Shown here one piece after another: positions 38,938-52,620 of a stretch of DNA of 64,000 nt (position 1 is its first letter; every line of letters begins with the position of its first letter). Position numbers and translations under genes: made by a program. Under the pieces are notes generated by a model that saw nothing but the letters and a program-made list of their open reading frames with translations, was not told the origin of the DNA and did no database searches. Source of the stretch: Octopus sinensis (lineage: Eukaryota); assembly GCF_006345805.1 (NCBI RefSeq), contig NC_043005.1, forward strand, positions 72,912,001-72,976,000, read 5' to 3'.

Positions 38938-41023
38938 TTATGTATTAATAATATTTACTGAATCTCAGTTTTTTATGCGCTAAACCATTGGTGTTAAACT
39001 GATATTATTAAATTAATATACAATTTTTAACCCTCATTTTGATATATATATATATATATACTTACAAATTGAGATAGGGGTTGTAAATGCAACCCTCCAT
39101 GGTAATTGATATTTGATTTCGATGTATTTCTCCATTTTCGTATTTTGTATATATATTTATATATATTTCTGTCAAATATGTGTGTGTGTGTGTGCGTGCA
39201 TGTGGTAAACAGAATTGGTTTCTTTACGTCGATGTAACACTAGCGGTTCGGTAAACAAGGTCGATAGAATATAGTACTGAGCTTAAAAAAATAAGTACCG
39301 GGGTCGATTCGTACAGTCAGAACTCTTCAAGGTGGTGACCCAGCATAACTGTAGTTCAAAGAATGAAAGAATAAAAAAAATAAATGGACACACACACACA
39401 CACATACATACACGCTGACATACACACACATGTGCGGACACAAGCACGCACGCATACACTTATATACAAATGCACACACATGTACACAGATGCTCACATA
39501 CACACTCACGTACACACACATGTATAGGCACAGAATAGAGAGACGACTACTCGTAGAACTTGAATTATTCAGGTAGAACTCACTGAAAAACGTTGCTTTG
39601 CTGTTTAGTCTGCAGCCAAAGCTTTCTAATTGCACTTTACCATGGTCACTGATATACGAAATGAATGGTCGATCACAGGCGAAATACTTTTAATCATGGG
39701 TATAATTGATTATACATTAACTGTAATTACAAACATCAACATCAATACCCACATACAAACACATGAATTAATGCCCACTGCTAATTATTCGCTGATTAAC
39801 GTCCTTGTGATTTGCTTTTAAATATCAAAAATATTTAACCACTATTAGACACTTATAATATATCAGATCTTAGTAGTTAATGTGTGAATGATTACTCAAA
39901 GGGTCTTTTATCTTTCACTTCGTTTCAGTCATTGAACTGTGGCCATGCTGGAGACACTACCGTAAAATGTTTAGTCGATTGAATCACTATTACCATTTTT
40001 TAAAGTCTGGGTATCATTCTGTCAAGTGACTCAAACACATGCAAATATATGCATACATACATATATATGTGTGTGTATGTGTGTGTGTGTGTATGTATTT
40101 ATATCTATAAATGTAAATATTTGTACAGAGAAAGCATTGTCCAAACAAATACAGTTATACTCTTTATCATGTACAGAGTATTTTTTCTCTTGTTCGTTAT
40201 TAACAACTTTATGTAAACGTGCGCTGATGCACTCTTTTCCGTTTGTGTATGTACATGTGTATAACATGTGTGAAGTGTATGTATGTGCGTATGTATGTGT
40301 GTGTATGTATATATGTATGCATGTATCTGTGTGTATGTATGCATGTATGTATGACTATTCATACATCTGCGTATGACATTAATTCATTAATTGCTTCCGT
40401 ATACAGTGACATCTGTTCTGTAAAAAGAGATGAACTTGATATAGTTTGATCTCTTTTACCTCGTATTAAAAATAAATTCATTATTGCGAGTGCTACGAAC
40501 CTCCACTTAATGGAAACTGAGATCAAGAATAGATAAAATTTCACTGAAAACGGAGATTGTGTGAAGACACAACAAAAATTTATTCAGTTCATATTACATA
40601 CGTCTCCGAGCTCTTTCCATATGTAGAACGAAAAATTACATGCACAATATACGAATACTATACTGATCCTTACAAAGTTATAAATGGCTTTTCGAAAACA
40701 GGAACTGAAAATTAGTTTTAATTCTCGGATGAGACTACTTGACTTGAAATACCAAAGTACTCACAAAAAAGGCTTTAACGCCGCCATTTCTGCTTCTCTT
40801 TAAAATTCAGACTGAGAATATCTATGTCTAATGTGAAAACAAAGAAAACAGAAAAAAAGATGAATAAGAAAGAAGTGCTGACTGACTGGAACTGTCGTCC
40901 ACCAGAACAGTGACTGAAAATACACATTACTTGTTAATTCCGGATTTTAATACTTACGTACATATTTTACGTAATTTAATAAGATTTTCATGTATATGTA
41001 TATATACATGCATGTACATATGG

Positions 41024-41056
<33 letters not shown>

Positions 41057-41666
41057 TGTATGTATGTATGTATGTATGTATGTATGTATGTATGCATGTA
41101 TGTATGTATATATATAAATATATATGTGTGTGTGTGTATTCAGAAAATGGAGCAAAATTCAAATAAAAAGACAAAACAATTGGACCACATCTAAAGCTTA
41201 TTATTTATTACTAAACATGACATAACATTTAAGTGACATAACAGTTCTTACGGCCGCTTCGGCTTCCGATGCCATTCAGTGCCTACAAAGCATTTCATAG
41301 GACATTCGGACTATAACACGGAGCTTCATCAGAACTAACGCAAAACTGCCCAAATAAACAAAAGGAAGAGGGAATAGGAAAGAAAACATGGCCTAGAGAA
41401 GACATCTGGAAGCCCAATATATTAAAAAAAAAACAATCTTCCATCTTAGGGTTTCGAAGTCAGCAAGTACCATAAAAAAATGCTTTAGTTGATGTCCAGT
41501 TGCTTTGTTTCTTCATCTGAGTTTTTATCCATTTTCTGATTATTTATATTTGATTATAATTATCGCAGCAGTTGCAAAGTTGCAAGGTATTTACAATTAC
41601 ATATTTACCCTTAGATTAACCTTTAAAACATGTACTTAATATATATATATATATTAAAAAAAAATA

Positions 41667-43148
41667 TCTATAACAATTATTGTGGTATTTACTGTTAAAT
41701 TAGTAGTTCATACATGTGCTTATATTTGTTTAACTTATACTGCATACAAATATAAAGACATACTACATACAAACAACTGCTTACATGTATATTTTCTTTT
41801 CTATGTTCATAATTTTTTGTTTACAATATTGAAAAAAAATATGCCGCCAAAGAAAAGACGGAATCTCTCCAGAAACAAGTATAAAGCAAAGGAGATTATA
41901 AATAACCGAAGGGGAGAGTCTCAAGAGAGAAGGGAGAATAGTAAATTCATGTTGCAGCATGTCAAATGGGGTTTCAATACAGAAGGGGGCTGAAACTTTC
42001 TCAAAATCAGCAAACGCATGCTGCAGCACATCTAATGGAGTCTCAAGACAGAAGCAAGATAATACTTCCTCAAGATCAGCAAATGCATACTGCAGTATCA
42101 TATGAGGTTTCAATACAGAAGGGTAGATAAAACTTTCCCAATATCAGCAAACACATTCTGCAGTACATCAAATGGAGAATGAAGTGAGAAGGGAGATGAG
42201 ACTTACCCAAAATCAGCAAATGAATGCTGTAGCACGTCAGACGGAGTCTCAAGAGAGAAGCGAGACGCGGCTTACCCAATATCAGCCAATTCATGTGCAA
42301 CACCTAATGCTGGATATTAGAACAACGTTTTAATGATTAGACAGAGGTCCAAAAGAATAGCTCTGAGAAACAGACTACGTACAAATTTTTTCTTCACAAC
42401 TCCTGGGGCTGCTTTCAAATATGATCCATCCCATTCTTATAAAAATGAGGGTTTGGTTCAAATTGGTGTGCTAAACTCAAATTGTCGTTTCTGCAAAGCT
42501 TTAAAATTCTTAAATGAAACAAATGGTACGTGCTGCTCAGGTGGTAAGGTAAGATTACTAGCACTACCAGTTCCTCCTCAACTTCTTATGGATCTTCTGG
42601 AAGGTACTTCCATCCAATCAAAGGATTTTCTGAACAGTATCAGACAATACAACTCTGCATTTCAAATGACATCGTTTGGTGCATCTAAGAAGATAGTTGA
42701 ACATGGATTTACGCCGACGTTCAAAGTTCAAGGGCAAGTCTATTACCTAATTGGTTCCCTATTACCTACAAAGGAACAACTACAGATCCTCCAAATTTAC
42801 TTTATTATTGATGTAGGACAACAAACCCGAAGGAGGTGCCAAAATCTCAGACGATATGGTCGTGTTAGACGCAGCGCCGACTGCCGCAAAGAAGAGTATA
42901 TACATTGATAGTTTTCCAGTGCGTTCAAAAATCACATAACCCAACCCCAATTTTCCATGACAGGTTAGGGCCTGGAATACGCCAAACGGACGCATGGCAT
43001 ATCGCTTAGTCGAACTAGCCCGTCATTTACTCCACAAATGTGTTGTCGAGAATACTTCACTTTCCCGTATCACCTGTTTCAACACAACTGAAATAAATAT
43101 ACAAACTATGCCATATTAATCCCGAGCAATGCCGGCTATCTCTGCTAG
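41667..43148 (+). mobile_element. Internally deleted Helitron with RepHel N-terminal remnant
   Basis: MPPKKRR at 41841, about 60-bp repeats, then CRFCKALKF..ETNGTCCSGGKV...IRQYNSAFQMTSFG...FKVQGQVYYLIGSLLP; 3' cccgagcaatgccgg hairpin and CTAG at 43145-48. The 5' end is tentative. Confidence 0.85.
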
Positions 43149-43376
43149 CATATATATATATATAGGGGGGGGAGGGGAAGAATTCCCCCCCCAAAAAAAT
43201 ACGAAGATAGGTGGTGTAGACAACAAACAGATGTATTAGTATAACGCTTAAGAAGTGAAAAAGTCTTTAACGATTCGAGCCTAGGCTCTTCTACAGAAAA
43301 GAACACAAAGAAGCAAGAAGAGAAAATAAAGAATGTGTAGTGGCTAGCGATCTATCATGGCGAATATATACATACA

Positions 43377-43412
<36 letters not shown>

Positions 43413-43431
43413 TATGTATATGTATGTATGA

Positions 43432-43474
<43 letters not shown>

Positions 43475-43574
43475 AATCTGTCTACATCTATCAATCTATC
43501 TATTTATCTATCTGTCTACATCTATCTATCTTTCTGTCTATGTGTATGTGTGTGTTGTGTGTGTGTGTATATGT

Positions 43575-43613
<39 letters not shown>

Positions 43614-44253
43614 TGTGTTTTATGCTTATGTTTGGTGATACAACCAGAATAAATGCCAATAAATGAAACTTTGTCGATTAAATAAAAAAAAATATATTTC
43701 ATATTCTAGATTCGGAGTTTAACTCACACCTATGAAACTATATTTTTGTTTCATCCACTGGCAATAAAACCAATATTAATAGCACCAGTATTGATTCATT
43801 TGGTCGTTTATCCATACCACCTATAAATATAACCAGCGGCTCATTAAAAAAATATACAAAAACTTTTAAACCATGTCTGTCCACAGACAACCTAAATCAT
43901 TGAACGAAATAACTTAAAGCAATAAGACATGGTTTTCGTTTTAACTCTACTGTCGTCAAAATTATGTTTCATCCCTTCAAACTAAGAATATCCAATAAAT
44001 TAAGTTTGGTGGCAGGAATTTATATTCTTTTAATCAGAAAAACACATGCATTAAAATATATGACGTAAAAAAAAAAAAGAAATGAATCAAAATTTGACGA
44101 ATGAGAAATATAGTTTCTGTTTATGGTTTATAGGAGGATTAAGAACTTCGCTTGGAGACGACATGGTATCAAGTTCTATCTCACAAAGTGGTACATTCAC
44201 GAAGAATCATTGTTTATAGTGTGACATGGAATAAAAGAATTAAAGAATATATA

Positions 44254-46428
44254 CTATCAGACGCACTCGTCCTTTGGACGGTGTAATCTTTATATATAAA
44301 AGTAAGGTTGTGTGTCTGTCTCCTACGATTTAGATTCCTAACTACTCCCACATTTTGCGGTGCAGTTTAACCAAAACCGGGTATCTTATAGTCATGATTC
44401 ATATCGAGCCCTTCTGTGTATTAGCGCGCGTCTACGATGAGTCTACGATTAAAAAAAAAAAAAATTACCATCAATGTTTCCCATTTTTAATGCATTTTTG
44501 GCATATATAAGGGAAGTAACTCTCTAAAAATTTATTATTAAATCTCAGAACGTAAAAAGCTACAGTAACACCCCCCCCCTTGTGGTTAGACATATTGAGA
44601 TGGCTATTATACTTTACATCTCTAAAAATGCTTATATAGTTATTTCCCTTACAAACCCGAGCAGCGCCGGGCGATACTGCTAGTTTATTATAATGGCGCA
44701 CTCCTTTTGACGGTTTAAATTGAATTAGCCCGCCATTAGAAGTCGTTTCAAGTTGATAAAATTACCAATTTCGTTAGCAGTTTATTATACGGTATTAAGG
44801 AAGCTAAGTAATGAATAAAGTTTTTTGAACACAAATTTAGTAGTTAGTAATAAATGAAAGTCCATGAAATGAGATCGCAATTGCAGTGTACATTAAGGAT
44901 TTTATATCTCACTTGAAGGGTTTTTTTGCATGCTGTTATTTTAGTCGTAATGCCTGACGCAACCGCATTGAAGCTTTTTTCAATGACAGTCATGTATTTT
45001 TTTTTTGTTTTTGCTGTAGTTTCAGCTCATAACTGCAGTCATGCTGATGCACTGCCGATGATAAACAAAAGCAAACATTTATAGCAAACGCACAAATACA
45101 ATAATGGCATGTACAAAAATAAATTTCAGTGCATGTTTATGAGCGAATAGTGTGCGGGAAGTTAGAAGGGTCATTGAAGGTAATGTACTGTTAACAACAA
45201 TCACGGAAATGAAGAAAAATATCAACGAAATTCTTGTAGGAGGTCTGATTGCTAATGGCTACAGTTTGGCGTAGATGTGAAAATTGCAGTAGAGGTATAA
45301 CTACAGTAGGGCTGCTTTGTAGACTACATTTTTAGTTTTTTCTTCAGGTGCATAGATGGATAAGTTGTCAGGATGGCCAATTCTGGAAAAGCCGACGTAG
45401 AACTGTCCATGTGAAAAGCATGATGTCCGAAGGTCCAATCCGACAACTTTCAACGATTGACCTTCCACTTTGTTAATTGTCATGGCCAACCGGGTACACA
45501 GCAGTTGAAATGACTCGGTAGCCATTGCAGCTGAAGCATTTTGGGCAGGACGCACCAACTAGATAGTCCGTTGTTGAGGTGACTCGGTATCCCTGGCGGC
45601 AGCAATAATTGCAGCATGACGCTTTCAGCGGGCCACAAGCTCTTCTTCAAACTTTGAAGCCTTAACGGTTGCAAGAGTTGAAGGTGCGTGTACTGCACGG
45701 ACAGCAACATCGTAAACAGCCGGCTGGGACAGTCTGTGGGGCCTCTAGTCCTGAGGTTCATTATCCCGATACCTTCTGGCTATGACGGCAGCGTGGGACA
45801 GTCTACCAATGTGAGTTCTCTTTTTCCAAGGTGGCATTGCAGGATTATCTGCAAAGTGGAGATAGAGTGGGTTGGTTAAGTCGAATGCCTGAATTATGTT
45901 TGTCGTACTATTGTTTGCTGAGTGGGTTTAGAAAATTGTCACAACGACCTTAGGATTTTTGAGCCTAAGGGCATTCTAGCTAAACATTGTCTTCAGGTAT
46001 TTAAAAATAATTAAAAGTTGATTTAAATTGCACGGCTATCTCAAGGAAGTGCTAAAGTGCAAATATCAGCGGCTGTGGTAGAAGACGAAATGAAAGTAGC
46101 ATAACTACGTCATCAAAAGTAATGTCCCTTCAAGCGACGATCATTGGTATTAGTTATTTAACTATGTGAAGGTGTTTTCGTCCCCTAGGGGCGGCATTAC
46201 TCATTATGTGGAAAACGTGAAGAGTTTATGACCATCTCTGGAACATATGTGGTGTATGTTCCTAGCGTGAACGGAATCGGAGGAAAAATATTGATTTTAA
46301 AGGGGATCAAGAAAGAGGCCTGTACACAAGCGCGCGCGCACGCACGCACACACACACACACACGCACACACACCACACACGCACACACACACACACACAC
46401 ACATTTTCCGTTTTATTATATATATAGA
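44254..46428 (-). mobile_element. Internally deleted Helitron (N-terminus fused to PIF1 helicase C-terminus)
   Basis: 5' TCTATATATAATAAAACGG at 46428; MPPWKKRTHIG at 45837 is in frame with AMTINKVEGQSL...FSHGQFYVGFSR...KNVVY (to 45301). Putative 3' end gacgagtgcgtc-tgatag|T at 44254 is tentative. Confidence 0.75.
44287..44683 (+). mobile_element. Non-autonomous Helitron (397 bp)
   Basis: A|TC start, cccgagcagcgccggg hairpin at 44656-71, CTAG|T end; A-T insertion site with no TSD. Confidence 0.9.
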
Positions 46429-47518
46429 CATATTGCGTTTAGTTTTATCCCCTTATGTTCTGTACAAAGAAGTGAACTTGGTCTTTCCACTTTACAGATC
46501 CGGTTAAATAACTATTAATTTGTTGCTGCCGATAAAATCGAATCGACTAAATCCTTTTGAGACGATGCCTCTGAATCACAAGAATGCAAGGATTCAATTT
46601 ATTTGAATGTTTCACATGATTTACTCTAAAAAAAACACTATTGTTTATCGGAAATTAAATCACGCTACATGTGTGAAAGTGCTTCTATTACACTTTGTTC
46701 TTCGTGACATTCATTTTGGTTTCTCTCTTCTACAACCAGCATATGACACCTGGAATAAAGCTGAGTTGCGTATTTAATAAATGAAGTCACATTTCAAAAA
46801 GACAATGTTTCCATTGTTTTAATTATTAATTTTTTGAATAAATTATAGTTCGTAGAATTTATTGTTTGTGAGATATCAGAGCGGAAAATCACGCAATCAT
46901 TCCAACTACGCTCTATCAATGAATTGAACAATGACAAATGCTACTATTTTGCTGAAGTTTTTTATGTTGGACTAATAGAATACAAGGTATAAATCTTTAT
47001 AATCTTGGTTCTTGTTGAAAGACCCTGAATAAAGGTGCACAGAAAATTATGTTTGGTGGTATGCGCAAATCTACATATTCTGTGCAGCACAAACACGTGT
47101 AGGCCAATAGTAGGCCAATAGATTATGGTGTTTGACAAACTGTAAAATTAAAAGAGAAGTTTGATGATGTATTAGTCTCTGTATTCTTTATAATTTTGTG
47201 AAATCTACATTCCTGATAATATTCATAATCCAGTGAAGCGAACACAGAGTTACCCATGAGAAGAATTGCAGCAGGGTTGCTAATACCAAGTGACCATCGA
47301 AGCACATTACTACCTGATGCGGTTAACCGTAACAAGAAACGTACCTGAAAGCTATCACGGTAACTCTTGGATAAATTGTCCCTTTAAGCTCACCTTATTT
47401 ATATCTCTCTATACAGAGATATATAGGTATAGATTATGTAGATGTAGATAAGTATATAGGTATATATGGATTTTAAAGGATATCAAGAAAAAGGCCTGTA
47501 CACATACACACACATCCG

Positions 47519-47598
<80 letters not shown>

Positions 47599-47607
47599 TA
47601 CAGTATA

Positions 47608-48796
47608 CAGGGTGCAAGGAGTATTTGAGGACATTTCGTTTTTAGTTCATTACACTTTTATATTATTTAATGTATAACCCTTTCAAGACATCATGCTAAC
47701 TCAAGAAATGAAAAGACATGTAATCATAATTGCTATGCTTGCAAACCGCAGTGATTTAGAAATAAGAAACATTCTAAGTGTTGCAAGATTCTTTGTACAC
47801 AAAGCTCGGTTGGAATTGGAGGCATGTGATGGTAATGTTTCACCTGTATCAAAGCGAAAAAGGCATTCACAACGCTCAGCCACTAAAAGGACATTGGAAT
47901 TTATACATGTTCAAAAAGTTATCAATGAAAACTCCAGAAGATCAATGAGGTCCATTACTAAAGATCTTCGAGTGTCAGAGTGGACAATAAATAAAAGTCC
48001 TATGTAACGATGAAGGACCAATTCGTGTCTGCAAAGACATAGGAAAACAGTCTCATCCGTTCAAAACGGTTACTTAACAAATTAAAAAGCCCTCATGAAC
48101 AAGGCATGCTTTGGCTTTTCTCTGACGCAAAAAAGTTTGACCAGGATCAAAGGTCTAACAGAAGAAATGACAAGTGGTTATGTGCAGGTCCTTCTGAATT
48201 ATCCAGAGTGATGCACACGAAATTTCCAGCAACTGTGATGGTTTTAGGAGTGGTGAGTGGCGAAAGCCATGTGATGTCTCCCCATTTTTTTCCATAGGGT
48301 CTTAGAATTAATGCTGCTGGATACATTGAGGTGCTGGAAACTATTATCAAGCCCTATATTGATGAAGTATGCAATGGAATGCCATACATGTTTCAACATG
48401 TCCCAGTACCTTCCCACAAAGCTCTAGTCACCTAAGAATGGTTGTCAGACAATCTTTACGATTATGTAACACTCAATATGTGGCCTCCAAACTCGTGTGG
48501 ATCGCTGTTGATCTACGTGTGGATCGCTGTCATCTTTTTAATAGTATAGCTTCACTGAAGGCCGCCATTATCCAAGTGATGTCCGAAAGGAATAAGGACC
48601 ATATGGTGTCAACATGCCAGCGGTTTCGGTCCCGCATTGAAGCAGTTATCAAAGCCAAGGGCGGTTCCATAGAATTATTTGCTTACAAAATCAAGACTAA
48701 TTGCACAAACGTTTATTCAGATACATATTTATGTATGCTGAAATATCATTGTTTTATTGACTACCACAACTGTCCTCAAATACCCTTTGCACCCTG
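47608..48796 (+). mobile_element. Complete but decayed Tc1/mariner element (maT/DD37D-like by inference)
   Basis: 26-bp TIRs cagggtgcaaggagtatttgaggaca / tgtcctcaaataccctttgcaccctg (24/26 match), TA at both flanks; transposase pieces MLTQEMKR..., WLFSD, MWPPNS, CQRFRSRIEAVIKAKGG with stops and frameshifts. Confidence 0.92.
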
Positions 48797-48912
48797 TAAA
48801 TATATATATGTCTGTGTGGTCCGTAGGTGCTAAATATGTGCAGCATATATCTGGGGAAGCTAGAACTCTGTGTGTGTGTGTGTATGTGTGTATATGTGTG
48901 TATGTGTATGTA

Positions 48913-48947
<35 letters not shown>

Positions 48948-48948
<1 letters not shown>

Positions 48949-49102
48949 AATTTGTTATTTTTCTTACAAAAGAAGCTCTTCGCTGGGACCCTCGTTATCA
49001 AAATAAAACATACAGTCTACATACACCTATTTAGAGTGTATGTTTTATTTTGATAACGAGGGTCCCTGCGAAGAGCTCTTTTGTAAGAACAATAACAAAT
49101 TC
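48948..49102. repeat. Long near-perfect hairpin (about 65-bp arms, 24-nt loop) extended by flanking (TG)n/(CA)n
   Basis: Arms 48948-49013 and 49038-49102 with about 3 differences. Confidence 0.9.
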
Positions 49103-49832
49103 ACACACACACACACACTCACACACACACACAAACACACACACACACACACACATACACGCCGTTCAAGAATTTGGACCTGGAGATCTCCATTTCCAGG
49201 GACTTTGAGGGCCAACTCCCAGTGGTGTCGGGCGTCAACGAAGAGCCCTCGACTACAACAAGACGACCAACTTTTTTTCCCAAGGTCTGGGGTTTCCCGC
49301 CCGTTAAATACCTAGACCATCGCCTAATCACCCTTACCCGTCTTGTTGCTTAACAACAACAACAACAACAACAACAACACACACACACACACACACAATA
49401 TTTGCAAGGCTGAAGTTATAAATCGATATCGAAGTAGACAAATTTGTAAAGCATCGGATAGGACGACTTGTAGTATTGTTTCGATTGTCTTCAATCTGAT
49501 TTCAGATTTCGAATTTGTGTTCCGGTACCAACAAAAACAGAAAGTATCTTTCTGAAAGCAAACTAAAACATTAGACAAATAGACGTAGATACACACATCA
49601 TACAAAGCTTATTCCTAGTGTCTCTATAATTAATGAACTTTTTTTCAGGTTTTATTCCTCAGTATGATAATAGTCCATGCACGGAGTTTAATTAATAGAA
49701 TAGTAATGATCAGTGAATAATATAAACGTTTTTGTAATTGTTTTGCAGCATTTTTCTATTGTTCTTGTATATTGAGAGGGTCATTATGCTAATGATAAAC
49801 ATGCACTGATTCTACTTCACTTATTTTATCAG

Positions 49833-50245
49833 CGTAGGAGTGGCTGTGTGGTAAGTAGCTTACTTACCAACCACATGGTTCTGGGTCCAGTCCCACTGCG
49901 TGGCACCTTGGGCAAATATTTTCTGCTATAGCCTCGGGCCGACCAAAGCCTTGTGAGTGGATTTTGTTGACGAAAACTGAAAGAAGCCCGTCGTATATAT
50001 GTATATATATGTGTGTGTGCGTGCGTGTGTGTGTGTGTGTGTGTGTGTGAGTGTGTGTCTGTTTTTGTCCCCCCCAACATCGCTTGACGACCGATGCTGG
50101 TGTGTTTACGTCCCTGTAACTTAACGGTTCGGCAAAAGAGACCGATAGAATAAGTACTAGGCTTATAAAGAATACGTCCTGGGGTCGATTTGCTTGACTA
50201 AAGGCGGTGCTCCAGCATGGCCGGAGTCAAATGACTGAAACAAGT
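49833..50245 (+). mobile_element. SINE family A, full length
   Basis: gcgtaggagtggctgtgtggtaag head to gtaaaagag tail. Confidence 0.9.
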
Positions 50246-50637
50246 AAAAGAGTAAAAGAGAGTAAAAATTATATGATAGTGTGTGTGTACAGAAACCTAT
50301 TAATTAACTTACTTTTGGGCTGGAATGCAGTCGTATTGAAATAGATGCTGGCATTTGATGTTTATTTCCATGAAGTATTCAAATTTATTTATATCGTATT
50401 CTGTTTTGATCTCGTTGAGCAAAATATAGGTAATATATTTCACACGAGATTTCATGATCTTTTTGATCTTTCATAGAATTTTGTAGTTTAATAATTTTGA
50501 AAGATGACACAATTTACTTTGAAAAGAAAAAAAAATTAATTCCTATTTTGAGTTGAAGATGAATCATGTAGAACAGACACAACTGAAAGTATATGTTTTC
50601 ATATAAGTATCGCTGATAAATATATACATCTGTGTAT

Positions 50638-50940
50638 GGCGGCGAGCTGGCAGAATCGTTAGCACTCTGGCTGAAATGCTTAGCGGTATTTCATCTGCCG
50701 TTACGTTCCGAGTTCAAATTCTGCAGAGGTCGACTTTGCCTTTCATCCTTTCGGGGTCGATAAATTAAGTACCAGTTACACACTGGGATCGATGTAATCG
50801 ACTTAATCCGTTTTTCTGTCCTTGTTTGTTCTCTCTGTGTTTAGCCCCTTGTGGGTAGTAAAGAAATAGAAATAGGTATTTCGTCTGTCGTTACATTCTG
50901 AGTTCAAATTCTTCCGAGGTCGACTTCGCCTTTCATCTTT
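50638..50940 (+). mobile_element. SINE family B plus a partial second unit
   Basis: ggcggcgagctggcagaatcgttagc head; re-starts at ggtatttcgtctg (about 50875). Confidence 0.88.
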
Positions 50941-50978
50941 ATTTCCCTCAAATAATAATTATATATATATACCAATGA

Positions 50979-51100
50979 ATACATACATACAAACAAATAT
51001 ATAGACATATGTAAATGTATATACAAACATCTATATATATACATACATACAAACAAATATATAGACATATGTAAATGTATATACAAACATCTATATATAT
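50979..51100. repeat. 60-bp perfect tandem duplication
   Basis: atacatacatacaaacaaatatatagacatatgtaaatgtatatacaaacatctatatat occurs twice. Confidence 0.9.
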
Positions 51101-51139
51101 AAGCACATATACATAAACATCCCATTTCTTTGTAGAAGA

Positions 51140-52620
51140 GAGGACCCAATAGTATATGTTGTACTTACTATGGTAATGCCTTGTTCTCAGTTGTTGGCAA
51201 AATATTTGCTAGGACACTTCTCAATCAGTGGCTGGATCATGTTGCGCCAGACATTCTTCCTGAGTTACAATGCGGCTTTCGTCTGAATTGAGCTACACTT
51301 GATATGTTCTTTAGAGCCCGACAGGTTCAAGAGAAGGACAGCGAACATCTTGACACTACATAGGCCAACTCTTTGAGGTGTCCTCTTCAAACTGGAGTGG
51401 CGGAAAAATTCACAAGGCTAATTCGATTTCTTCGTGACAACATGAAAGCATTGGTTTGTGTCAACGGTGAACTACTAGAACCAATAACAATTGAATATGG
51501 TGTTAAACAGGGTAATCTCTTGGCTCCCTCATAGTTTCTATGCTATTGTCATTTGGCAAGCCTTTGCGCACAGCGATGTTGGTATCTACATCCTTTGCCC
51601 TTCAACAAGTAAGCTTTACGACATGAATCGTTTTATTACCGTAACAAAAACTTCCACGGCTCTCATTTGTGATCGATTTGCACTAATGATAGCGATCTCG
51701 TAACCCCTATTGAGGAAGACCTGATTGACTGCACTTTCGCCGCATGTGATGAGTTTTGCTTAAAATCAGTCTTAAGAAAACAGTAATGATGTTACAACAA
51801 AAATGAGGCAAGCCATATATCTCATTCTTGATATATGTCAGGTGTAAAAGAGTCACTTAGAAGTAGCGGATGTTTGTCTACCTTCGTAGCACTCTGTAAT
51901 TAATACACCTGACAAGAAGATAGTTAGAGACATTCTAAGGCATCTGGAAAGCGTGAGTCGAGATTCTGGTTGAAATCAAAGCGGCAACGGAAGTTGAGAT
52001 CTATCGGGTATGTGGCTTAGCCACGCTGTTATACGGATGTGGGACATGGAAAATATTTCGTAGGCATATCCAGTGTATCGAGAAATTCTACCAGTTGCGC
52101 TTCTGGAATATCGTAAGGATCTTATGGTCATCTCATGTACCTGGTACCAGCTGGCAAAAACGATGAGTATCCAATTCACGTATATAAAACACATACTTGG
52201 ATGGTCTGGCCATCTTGCCCATTTAAAGGACACTCGCATACCATAATAGGAGGTATATGGTGGGCTGGAGCAACGGACACGTCCTTAGTGCAAGCCTCAC
52301 TACCAGTCATGCCAAGACAACTTTAATGACTCATTTAAAAAGATTAATTATCGATGCTAACACTTGGGAAAATCTTGCATCAGATAGGGTGCTGTGGAGG
52401 AATTTGATTGCTACTAGTATTAAATCATTCAAAACAAAAACAGAGATGAAATGAGCTGGTAAATATATTTAGGATGTAAAACTTCTTCCTGAAAAGGACA
52501 CGGAAGACTCAGTTCCGTGTTACCAGTGAGGTCGTGTCAGCTCCTCAACGGTAGGCTTATTCAGCTACAAGCGTGATCACGGAGGAAGCACGCTCTCTCG
52601 TGCACCTTGTATAGCAGAGC
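51140..52620 (+). mobile_element. Heavily decayed RTE-clade LINE (RT to C-terminus)
   Basis: LFSVVGKIFARTLL...LPELQCGFR, GVKQG, TLLYGCGTW, WSGHL, WENLASDRVLWR. Confidence 0.8.

Noticed and set aside
40412-40462. Short imperfect hairpin (gtaaaaagagatgaac...gtttgatctcttttac) as a miRNA precursor
   Set aside because: The stem is only about 17 bp and AT-rich; such hairpins are expected by chance here.
41295-41335. Minus-strand CTGATGAAGCTCC...CCGAATGTCC hammerhead-like string
   Set aside because: The GAAA box and stem II are broken and stem I does not pair.
43261-43300. Minus-strand CTGTAGAAGAGCCTAGGCTCGAATCGTT hammerhead-like string
   Set aside because: Stem II is good but two invariant core positions (A6, A15.1) are altered; at best a dead relic.
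47230-47345. Unique GC-richer stretch open on both strands with possible splice sites
   Set aside because: No recognisable domain, weak donors, and strand cannot be decided.
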